From Octopus sinensis (lineage: Eukaryota), in contig NC_043005.1 of assembly GCF_006345805.1 (NCBI RefSeq), positions 22,692,001 through 22,756,000 of the forward strand: a DNA stretch of 64,000 bases, read 5' to 3'. Of this stretch, positions 25,224-34,409 are shown in pieces (position 1 is the stretch's first letter; each line of letters begins with the position of its first letter). A model generated the notes under the pieces. The model worked only from the letters and a program-made list of their open reading frames with translations, did not search any database and was not told where the DNA came from. The position numbers and the translations under genes were made by a program.

Positions 25224-25661
25224 TTCTCTATCACACACACACAAGTATACACACACATCATGGAACAGCAACAATCACAAAATTTTTTTTTTTTTGCTTC
25301 ATAATTTTCTGTCAGTTTATCTTAATCTATATTCTGGAATATATGTAACTCACATTAAAAGACAAAAAAAAACTCTTACTTCACTCTTCTTTCCTTCATT
25401 GTACTTTTCACAATGAAGGAAAAAATCAAATACCGCAAGTGGATGTGTGAAAAACGAAATTTGAATTTTGAAAAAGTATATCTATAAAGCAAAATTTTCA
25501 GTCATTTATTTAAACTTTCTCTGGTAACTCATCAAATTCAATTATTGGAAATAGATGGGTTTTGAGATTTAAATTTAGTAATTTTCTGAGATTATAAGTC
25601 TTGGGTATAAGTGACCCACTGAACTTGAAGTGCTCCCCACCCCAGTTTAAATCCGGTCCTG
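24290..25661. mobile_element. Non-autonomous hAT-like element, ~1.37 kb
   Basis: Imperfect TIRs CAGGGCCAGATTTA / TAAATCCGGTCCTG. Flanks GTCTCCC / GACTCCC may be a decayed TSD. Confidence 0.55.
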
Positions 25662-25951
25662 GACTCCCTTTCTGCTTTGCAGCTTCAGGAACATTGACAT
25701 TATTTTCGATTGCGTACATCTTTTAGTATCAACAACTGTTTATATTTTCTCTAATTCTTCCTCGTTTTTTTTTTCATCACAATCATTTAATCACTCCTGG
25801 TGCATACAAACATGCATACATTCATAGTACTTGACCGTCCTACCCATACTTACTCACTCATGCTAAGACATACTCTGACTCTGCCGCTATTTACTAATCT
25901 TTTAGCACCTGTCCGAAATTTCTGCCCACGATCTATCTCCACCATCCTAAA

Positions 25952-26109
25952 AAACTAAATACATATCTATCTTCCTTCCATCATCCATTATTATCAAGAC
26001 TCCTTGCCTTTTCTCTTCTTTTTGTCTTGATAATAATGGATGATGGAAGGAAGATAGATATGTATTTAGTTTCTCTTCTTTGCCTTTTCTCTTCTTTTTG
26101 TCTTGATAA
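25952..26109. repeat. Inverted (49-bp) plus direct (30-bp) local duplication
   Basis: 25952-26000 is the exact reverse complement of 26024-26072. TTGCCTTTTCTCTTCTTTTTGTCTTGATAA occurs at 26004-26033 and 26080-26109. Confidence 0.92.
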
Positions 26110-26569
26110 AGAGTCTATGGCCAAAACGTTGGAAATTTCGCTTTTCCTTGTAATAGATGCATTGCGCTATTTATTAATTTTTTTTACTTCTTATTTTGAT
26201 TACTTGTCGATGTGGCCCCCCACAACAGATTCTTCAGATTTGGACTTTAACTCATCTTGGTGAATATGAGCTCAATGTAAAAGATAGATAGCCAAATACC
26301 ACATAAGATGCTGTCTGATATGCCACTGATCCTATCAATGCACTGACCTTCGTAATAATGATACTAATAATAATTATAACATATAACATTGACACAAGGC
26401 CACATATTTACTGAATCGACTTACTTAACTGGTATCTATGTCATCAAGATGTAAAAGATCAATGGCAGTCGTTGATCTTGGTTGAACTTGAACTTTGAAC
26501 ATAAAGAGATTAGTTAGATACAGCTCTGCTAACTCTGAAATCTTAATAATTGTAATAATAGTATGTCTA

Positions 26570-26930
26570 CAAAGAAACACAATCAGCAGCTTCTTAGACA
26601 CAATGGCTTTTCAGAGTAGATTCATAAATTAGCCAAGTATATGAACCTGAAAATGATCCTTTGAAACAATATTATAGATATGACAGATGAAATCATGATG
26701 CAAATCATACACCAAACTTGACCCAATAAAGCATTCATACGGGATTTACCAGTATTATATTTCATTCAGTATCAATCTCATAAGTAACTTTACAAATTAC
26801 GCAAAAATACCAAACTATACGACAATATGAAAAAATTCTGAACAAATCTCACTTACCCAAAAAAAATTGTGTTAATGGCAGAAGACCCGATTGCAACATA
26901 TATGATATGTTTTAATTCAAAATGATAGAC
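26570..26930 (+). mobile_element. Degenerate PLE RT-to-endonuclease linker fragment
   Basis: YEKILNKSHLP-KKNCVNGRRPDCNIYDMF resembles the Cys-cluster linker upstream of the GIY-YIG at 29700. Confidence 0.4.
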
Positions 26931-27250
26931 CTGTAAGAAATAAACAGAGAACACTTAGTTTCAATTGCGAATGAGTCCTGTTTGTTGACATATTTTTAAA
27001 AAGATCCCATCCCCTTCAAATGAAACTTGAACAAATTTCTTCAAGGAATGCCAGATACGCTGCGTATATCTCTATGTGCGTCTATGTTTAGTTAGTGTGT
27101 GGGGGGGATGCCTGTAATATTTATTTCTCCTGTTTATATACGTTCGTGTAATTTGTTTTTGTTTTTGTTTATTCTTATTTTGTTCATGTGTTTACACCCA
27201 CTTATTATTATTATTATCATTATCTTTATTATTATTATTATGTATGTATG

Positions 27251-27315
<65 letters not shown>

Positions 27316-27429
27316 TAATAAATGTATCTAGTTATTTACTTCCATTTGTTTATTCATCTGTGTATTTTATTTTATTATCTTTTCAGTTTTGTTTATATTG
27401 TAACTAGTTTATGGGGATCTTCTTCTGTC

Positions 27430-27760
27430 ATATGTTGTGGTGTGTGCTAGTGTTCCATTCCAGTTCCCTATTCAGGCTAGGTTTATCTTCTATTATGTGT
27501 GTAACTTCCGTAATTTGTCTGATTGTTGCGTCTGTTCTATGTGTGGACAAGATTTTAACTTCTATGTTGTTGATGGAGCCTCCGTGTTCCTGCCGATGAG
27601 CTCTTTCCTTCCTGAAGTTTTCTCCAATGTTCATTTACCCGCTCTCCTATGGTCCGTGCCGCTTCCCCTACGTATGTTGTTGTCTTGTTACTGCATCGTC
27701 CCTCTATACATCTTATACTATAGACTATATTTCTGGCTTTACACAACAAAACCAACAACC
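27430..27760 (-). mobile_element. PLE GIY-YIG endonuclease fragment
   Basis: NIVYSIRCIEGRCSNKTTTYVGEAARTIGERVNEH, then (frameshift) EHGGSINNIEVKIL...IRQITEVTHIIEDKPSLNR. Confidence 0.8.
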
Positions 27761-27886
27761 ACAACAGAGGGAATAGCAGGGACCAACAAACAGACATAAG
27801 AACCAACACTAATACGAACAACACATACACCAGAAACATGAACAATGAGAATATCACTAGCGATAATCAGAATGATAGCAATAATG

Positions 27887-27921
<35 letters not shown>

Positions 27922-28075
27922 GGTGGTGGTGGTGGTGGTGGTGGTGGTGGTGGTGGTGGTGGTGGTGGTGGTGGTGGTGGTGGTGGTTGTGGTGGTGGTA
28001 GTGGTGATAGTTTTGTAAATAAGTAAATATAAGTAAATAAATGGAGTTGAACGCAGGTGTTTTCAAATTCTTTTA

Positions 28076-28160
28076 CTTTCGACATGTTTCGAAGACAACA
28101 TTGGCCCTATTCCAAAGGAATAAACGGTGCGAAGCAATGCAATCTTCTCATCAGGAAGAA
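28076..28160 (-). ncRNA. Type I hammerhead ribozyme with palindromic minimal stem III
   Basis: Minus strand reads TTC CTGATGA GAAGATTGCATTG...CAATGTTGTCTTC GAAAC AT GTC GAAAG. The core is intact, stem II is extended, stem III is ACATGT and the triplet is GTC. Stem I is short (TTC/GAA). Confidence 0.8.
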
Positions 28161-28697
28161 AGAGAACCCATCTCAACAACAAGACATTATAACAATTTTG
28201 ATGACTGCATAAATGATAAACAGAACGCTATTAAGTATTTTAAAAAAACCATTAGTAGATCTGACGTCAAAGGCAGACCCTAGGAAGAGAAGGGTAAAGA
28301 AATAATAAGTAGAGAACAAATGAAGAGTGATATATCTGAGGATCACCTTGTTAACACAGTTATACAGCGATCTTACAAATGTAAGCACTGGCAGAAACAT
28401 ACCTTTAGCTCATATAAGTGATTTATATCAGTCTGTATAGTTAGAACGTTTAGTTCACCTTGCACTTTACTTCAAAAGAGAAATCTACTTCCAAGCCTTT
28501 GAACATTTTTTCAACCAATATATCCCTCTTTATTTGTTCTCTACTTATTATTTTTTACCCCTTCTCTTCCTGGGGTCTGCTTTTGACATCAAATCTACTA
28601 ACGGTTTTTTTTTTTAAATACTTAATAGCGTTCTGTTTATCATTTATGCAGTCATCAAAATTGTTATAATGTCTTGTTGTTGAGATGGGTTCTCTTT

Positions 28698-28783
28698 CTT
28701 TCCTGATGAGAAGATTGCATTGTTTTGCACCGTTTATTCCTTTGAAATAGGGCCAATGTTGTCTTTGAAACATATATCGAAAG
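28698..28783 (+). ncRNA. Hammerhead copy with mutated stem III (probably inactive)
   Basis: CTTTC CTGATGA (28703-28709) GAAGA...TCTTT GAAAC ATAT ATC GAAAG. The base at 16.2 is A, which breaks the C-G pair. Confidence 0.6.
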
Positions 28784-28999
28784 TAAACACCTGCGTTCAA
28801 CTCCATTTATTTACTTATATTATACAAATTACTGCACATTAACCCGGAGTTTCTACCTTTGAATAGGTCGCTACATCCTTGTTACTTTCGTGAATTTTGC
28901 TACTCTGGTAACTGTTTATTGAATTTTCCATGTTAACTGTAAACAAAGGATAATTCATTCATTGATTTATATATATATTTGTTGGTTTGTGAAAGCACG

Positions 29000-29752
29000 T
29001 GGTTGAATATATAGAAAATAGTAAAAAGTGAAAAAACTACAGAAGGCTTAAAGGCTAAAAAATATATATATTTGAGTCAATATGTCTGAAGAATATTAAA
29101 AAAAATTTTTCTTACAATGACATAGTTTAGAAGAAAGACCGGTTTCGCGTTTAGCTTTTCAAATTTCTTACGACGTTATGTTTATGTTGAACAGAGTTAT
29201 CGTTATGTTTGTGTTTAAAAGAGTTCTAAATAAGGGGAGGTAATGAGTGATTTCTTCCGGTGTAAGGGAGATAATCGCTTAAATTTTTTTCCTTTCCCTT
29301 GGTGTGAATTTCTCTGTATCAGTATGTTGGCATGGTTAAGTCTGGGCTTGTACTTTTCAATGAAGAATATTTCCTTGTTTAGTCTAATTTGTGTTGATGA
29401 TCCGATAGCACATTGGTAAAATGGAAAGATTAAAAATTGTGGTAGTAGTTGCTTTGCGCATTTCTCAATGTGCTCACTAAAAGGTATCATTCTGTATTCT
29501 GGGAATGCAATCTGTTGTCTATGCAGTGTGCATCTATGTCTGAGTGATAGTCCCGTGGATCCCACGTAGTCTTGGTGGCAGCCCGAGCATTTTATGACAT
29601 AAATTATGTTTTCAGAGGCACAAGTAAAGTTAGATTTGATCTTGAATTTCTGTCCCTCTTTAAAGAGGAATTCTGATCCTTCTAGCAGGTTGCACAGTTC
29701 GATCTATCACATTTTTTACTTTTGCATCCGTAATTTCAGAAAACAATTTTGC

Positions 29753-29755
<3 letters not shown>
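29000..29755 (-). mobile_element. 5'-truncated PLE: Cys cluster, GIY-YIG endonuclease and 3' pLTR
   Basis: KKCDRSNCATC...NFTCASENIIYVIKCSGCHQDYVGSTGLSLRHRCTLHRQQI...KEIFFIEKYKPRLN. Truncated at (TA)n near 29756. Confidence 0.88.
29131..29169 (-). ncRNA. Minimal type I hammerhead, U3-A8 core variant
   Basis: AAGAAA T TTGAAAA GC-TAAAC-GC GAAAC CG GTC TTTCTT. Stem I is AAGAAA/TTTCTT with one extra T, stem III is the palindrome ACCGGT, and the triplet is GTC. It lies downstream of, and in the same sense as, the GIY-YIG ORF. Confidence 0.65.
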
Positions 29756-29825
<70 letters not shown>

Positions 29826-29832
<7 letters not shown>

Positions 29833-29997
29833 ATTGGAGACAAAACCTCTATTATGCAAATCAAACAAAGAAAGACTTAAGCCAATACATAAAATAATTT
29901 ATATAATTAAATTTAATTATATAAATTATTTTATGTATTGGCTTAAGTCTTTCTTTGTTTGATTTGCATAATAGTGGTTTTGTCTCTAATTTAATAT
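29826..29997. repeat. 172-bp spacerless palindrome (86-bp arms, 2 mismatches)
   Basis: Symmetric about 29911/29912 (ATAATTAAA|TTTAATTAT). Confidence 0.95.
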
Positions 29998-30082
29998 AAT
30001 ATAATATTTTATTATAAAATTGGATTCAATCCTAAATCTGATTTTTCCCTGTAAATTTGGATTTATTCCCTAATATTTATTA

Positions 30083-30115
<33 letters not shown>

Positions 30116-30475
30116 AGTCAATGGTGGGGTTGTGTTAACCGCACGTGGAGAAATGATAGGAAAAGAAAAATAATAAGGCAGAATGCTAAACTGAAAGCAA
30201 ATTTTAATATAAATGAGTGTAAGAAAAATTTAAAAAGGAAATCAAACCGACTTTCATTGCAAGGCAAATTTTCAAGATGAGGAAGGGGAAAAATAATAAT
30301 GTTTTTTTCAAAAAATTAATAAATATATACAAAAATTAATAAATAAGTATACCAATACATTGTAGTGTCTTTGCTTTTAAAGTTCAATATTATTCCATGG
30401 AAAAACTTCTTTGGGGGGATTAGGATGCATGTGTTTTAGTGTAGTGTTTTGTTTAAGAAGGTTGGGTGTTTATGT

Positions 30476-30515
30476 GTACCGGTTTCAGTCATTTTGAGAC
30501 CTTTTCAACTGTAAC
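30476..30515 (-). ncRNA. Minimal hammerhead, U3-A8 variant, truncated just after the cleavage site
   Basis: CAG TTGAAAA GGTC-TCAAAAT-GACT GAAAC CG GTA C; homology to the right arm stops here. Confidence 0.55.
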
Positions 30516-31135
30516 GATTAAATAATTAAATTTAGAAAAATTAAAAGAAATGTTTTTTTAAAGGAATATTTGTATAGTGTTCAAATATAAGTGGCATTTT
30601 CCTTGTTTCTGCCTTGCTCTGTCTCTCTTGTTCACACTTGTGGGTTCGAGGTCGTTGTGAATTCTTGGTAGGGAAGAAGAAGAAGGATGATGAGGAGAAG
30701 GGGGGAAGTTTTGGGAGTGCCTTGATTGTTGTATTTTGAATGGTCAGTGGCGGCTAGCAGTTCATGAGAGTATTTCTATTGAAAGGTTTGTCTATAGAAT
30801 TTACGTAGGTGTTATACTAAAAAGCATTAGTGATAAAGTTAGGAGGTAGAAGGGGGAGAAGAAGATGAAGAAGAAGAAGAAGAAGAAGAAGAAGAAGAAG
30901 AAGAAGAAGAAGAAGAAGCTATAGCCAATAGCGTGCCAACTTTAAGTCATACAACACACTACTTCCACTCATTCATATTCTCTCTCCTCTTTCTTCTTCT
31001 TCTTCTTCTTCCCCTTCTTCATCATTATCATCATCATCATCTTCTTCTACTTCCTCTTCTTCTTCTTCTTCTTCTTCTTCTTCTTCTTCTTCTTCTTCTT
31101 CTTCTTCTTCTTCTTCTTCAGCATCACCAACATCG

Positions 31136-31170
<35 letters not shown>

Positions 31171-31604
31171 TTCTTCTTCTTCTTCTTCTTCTTCTTCTTC
31201 TTCTTCTTCTTCTTCTTCTCCCCCTTCTACTTCCTAATTTTATCACTAATGCTTTTTAGTATAACACCTACGTAAATTCTATAGACAAACCTTTCAATAG
31301 AAATACTCTCATGAACTGCTAGCCGCCACTGACCATTCAAAGTACAACAATCAAGGCACTCCCAAAATCCCCCCTTCTCCTCATCATCCTTCTTCTTCTT
31401 CTTCTTCCCTACCAAGAATTCACAACGACCTCGAACCCACAAGTGTGAACAAGAGAGACAGAGCAAGGCAGAAACAAGGAAAATGCCACTTATATTTGAA
31501 CACTATATAAATATTCCTTTAAAAAAACATTTCTTTTAATTTTTCTAAATTTAATTATTTAATCGTTACAGTTGAAAAGGTTTCAAAATGACTGAAACCG
31601 GTAC
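30476..31604. mobile_element. ~430-bp inverted repeat pair (30476-~30918 / ~31170-31604) with a microsatellite spacer, likely PLE pLTR
   Basis: Near-identical reverse-complement arms, both ending in a hammerhead-like motif. Confidence 0.85.
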
Positions 31605-31609
31605 TGAAA
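31566..31609 (+). ncRNA. Minimal type I hammerhead, U3-A8 variant
   Basis: TTACAG TTGAAAA GGTT-TCAAAAT-GACT GAAAC CG GTA CTGAAA. Stem I is CAG/CTG and stem III is the palindrome ACCGGT. Confidence 0.65.
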
Positions 31610-31654
31610 TGTTCTTTATAAAACTATTTTAGCATTTTCTATTTTGACTTATTT

Positions 31655-31687
<33 letters not shown>

Positions 31688-31830
31688 GCTAAAGCCCATG
31701 CAGTAGAACAGTGTCTTCAAGTAAGTCTGTATGAGAAGTACACGTTAGCCTATGCTATCGTAATACAACAGTATTACAAAAGCCTTAGAGTGCCTTTAGT
31801 AAATTAGAAGAGGTACACCAAGGGAAGATG

Positions 31831-31899
31831 AAAGAGGCTAAATCGGCTTAGCAGGAACGGACTTCAAGTCCGTTCCTGCTAAGCCGATTTAGCCTCTTT
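31831..31899. repeat. Perfect 34-bp-arm palindrome with a 1-nt spacer
   Basis: AAAGAGGCTAAATCGGCTTAGCAGGAACGGACTT-C-reverse complement. Confidence 0.97.
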
Positions 31900-32065
31900 T
31901 ATATATATATATATATATAAAAGAGCAATAAAGATTCAAGTTAATTTAAAAAATTTACTTGAATATGGTACCTAACTTAGATGCACCAAAAAAAACTATA
32001 CTGATTTAACAATACAGTAATGTGGGGTGATTATAAGCGAGAAAGAAGCAACAAGAATGGATAGG

Positions 32066-32156
32066 TTTTAGTACGATCGTTTCATACAAGGACAGGTTTT
32101 ATTAAAAGTTGCAAAGATTACAGCATATAAACGAGTCCCGTACTCATCAGCTAAAA
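32066..32156 (-). ncRNA. Type I hammerhead ribozyme (canonical core)
   Basis: Reverse-complement copy of 34267-34357. Confidence 0.85.
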
Positions 32157-34266
32157 TACATGTAAGTTCTCTAGACATCCTAGTGTTTGAGGCTATACTC
32201 ATGAAGTAATGTAGATAATTAAACAGATTTCTAAAGTTCATTAAAGTTCTTTAAAGATGATGTACAGTCTTATCACAGAATTTTAAAAAAGTTTTGATAG
32301 CATCACAGAGAAGGTGACCTAATCCATATGAATTTCCATAGATATGATGAGGGATTATATACTCACAGAAGACAAATTTATCCATTGTTAATTACAACGA
32401 GGTGGGTCTCAATTCCTGCTTATTAGCATTACAGAGAGGGTGAATTAATCCTTTGTATATATGCACAGATTCCAATGGTGTAGATGTAAATTTCTAGAGA
32501 AATGGAGATGAATTTCATATTCACAGGCGATAAATTTTACAATGGTTGAACACAATGAGGTAGGTATCAATCCTTGTTATATGATTAGGTATTTGCCACA
32601 TTAATCACATTACTGCTATTCACAAGAGGCTGTAGCTATTTAACTCTTAAAGGCTGAAGGGCTTACTAGATCGGCCAAGAATAGAGAAGGGAATAGAAGA
32701 AAAGAGAGAAAATAATGGAGGAGGGAGCAAAAAGGGGGGGGGAAAGGGGGACTAAAAGAGAAGAGAAAAGGAAACAGAGAATAAGAAGAAGAAAAAGAAA
32801 AAAGAGAAAAGAGAAAGAAATAGGGAAAGAAGGGAAAAAAAGAAAAAGAAAAAAAGAGGGTTCTAGTTATACAGAAGAGTTAGTAGACTGTAAGTCTGGT
32901 TTTAATCAACAGGCATCTAGGAACTAGAGGAGAATATTATTCTTTGACCAGTAAACCGTTAATTTATTGCTGTTGAAATCAGCTATGAGTTTAAAGAGAA
33001 TCTAAAGAGATAACACAGTCAGGGGTTAAGGGGTCAGATGCTAAAATCACCAGAAAATACATTAGGAAAATCTAAGTATAATCTTAACAAAAAGTCATTA
33101 AAAATTTACTTATTTAATTTATTCATTTTATTGTCTTAAGGAGTTGTCGTTATTATTCATACATTGACTGACTACAGGTCAAATCTTATAAGATCATTTA
33201 CAAGGTGTTAGGGGATTGTCTATCATAATGAAGATAATCATATTATCACTGAGGGAATAGCCTTATTTATTTAATTATGAAATAGAATTATGGGGCTACA
33301 GTAACTCATTATAATTTATTAGAGTTATGCTACTTAAATTAGATTAAGTTAGGAATTAAAATTAAATATTACAATTAAGATTTAAAATTAAGAATTTAAA
33401 AATTGTGAGTTTGAAATTAAATAAAGCCTCAATTAAGTAGCGAATAAGTACTATTCATTTCCTGTTCTCAAAAAAACTGATGCAGATATAAGGAAAAAGA
33501 TAAAGATAACTGTAATGTGAGAACTCTTAGTTATCTACTTAAAGCAGTGCTATACTAGTAGAAATCAAGTTATATCTATCTATCTAGTTATGAATATTCC
33601 AATCATTTAAAATATTTTAAAGTCTTCAATTTAGCGTGGACACAAACTTGACCTAGTTCGATATGGTTATTCAATAAGTTTCTATGTTTACTATGCTTTA
33701 GAATTTCGTACGTCTCCATGGAGCATAGTTGACAACCAACCCTACTATTTTTATACGGAAGCCCTTCAGCCTTTAAGAGTTAAATAGCTACAGCCTCTTG
33801 TGAATAGCAGTAATGTGATTAATGTGGCAAATACCTAATCATATAACAAGGATTGATACCTACCTCATTGTGTTCAACCATTGTAAAATTTATCGCCTGT
33901 GAATATGAAATTCATCTCCATTTCTCTAGAAATTTACATCTACACCATTGGAATCTGTGCATATATACAAAGGATTAATTCACCCTCTCTGTAATGCTAA
34001 TAAGCAGGAATTGAGACCCACCTCGTTGTAATTAACAATGGATAAATTTGTCTTCTGTGAGTATATAATCCCTCATCATATCTATGGAAATTCATATGGA
34101 TTAGGTCACCTTCTCTGTGATGCTATCAAAACTTTTTTAAAATTCTGTGATAAGACTGTACATCATCTTTAAAGAACTTTAATGAACTTTAGAAATCTGT
34201 TTAATTATCTACATTACTTCATGAGTATAGCCTCAAACACTAGGATGTCTAGAGAACTTACATGTA

Positions 34267-34357
34267 TTTTAGCTGATGAGTACGGGACTCGTTTATATGC
34301 TGTAATCTTTGCAACTTTTAATAAAACCTGTCCTTGTATGAAACGATCGTACTAAAA
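34267..34357 (+). ncRNA. Type I hammerhead ribozyme (canonical core, palindromic stem III, long loop II)
   Basis: TTTTAG CTGATGA GTACGGGAC-[41 nt]-GTCCTTGTAT GAAAC GATC GTA CTAAAA. Stem I has 6 perfect bp, stem III is ACGATCGT and the triplet is GTA (34349-34351). Confidence 0.85.
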
Positions 34358-34409
34358 ACCTATCCATTCTTGTTGCTTCTTTCTCGCGTATATATATATA
34401 TATATATCG

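Larger units (their letters stand above)
28026..28821. mobile_element. ~300-bp inverted repeat pair (28026-28335 / 28519-28821), likely PLE pLTR
   Basis: The arms are about 90% identical reverse complements, and each carries a hammerhead pointing outward. Confidence 0.8.
32037..34387 (-). mobile_element. 5'-truncated PLE with a near-perfect 628-bp inverted 3' duplication
   Basis: 32037-32664 is the reverse complement of 33759-34387 (one extra A seen). The minus strand at 33758-33603 encodes PYKNSRVGCQLCSMETYEILKHSKHRNLLNNHIELGQVCVHAKLKTLKYFK*, a PLE endonuclease C-terminus. Confidence 0.85.

Noticed and set aside
28555-28806. ORF with VSRFDVKS resembling PLE RT motif A
   Set aside because: It is antisense to the hammerhead and probable element orientation, and the other arm reads ISRSDVKG; likely coincidental.
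33850-34170. Frame IYRL...HPLCN...YGN...FLKF resembling a LINE C-terminal zinc finger inside the 628-bp arm
   Set aside because: It needs several stops and frameshifts, while the clearer PLE endonuclease end at 33603-33758 explains the element. Captured LINE sequence is not excluded.
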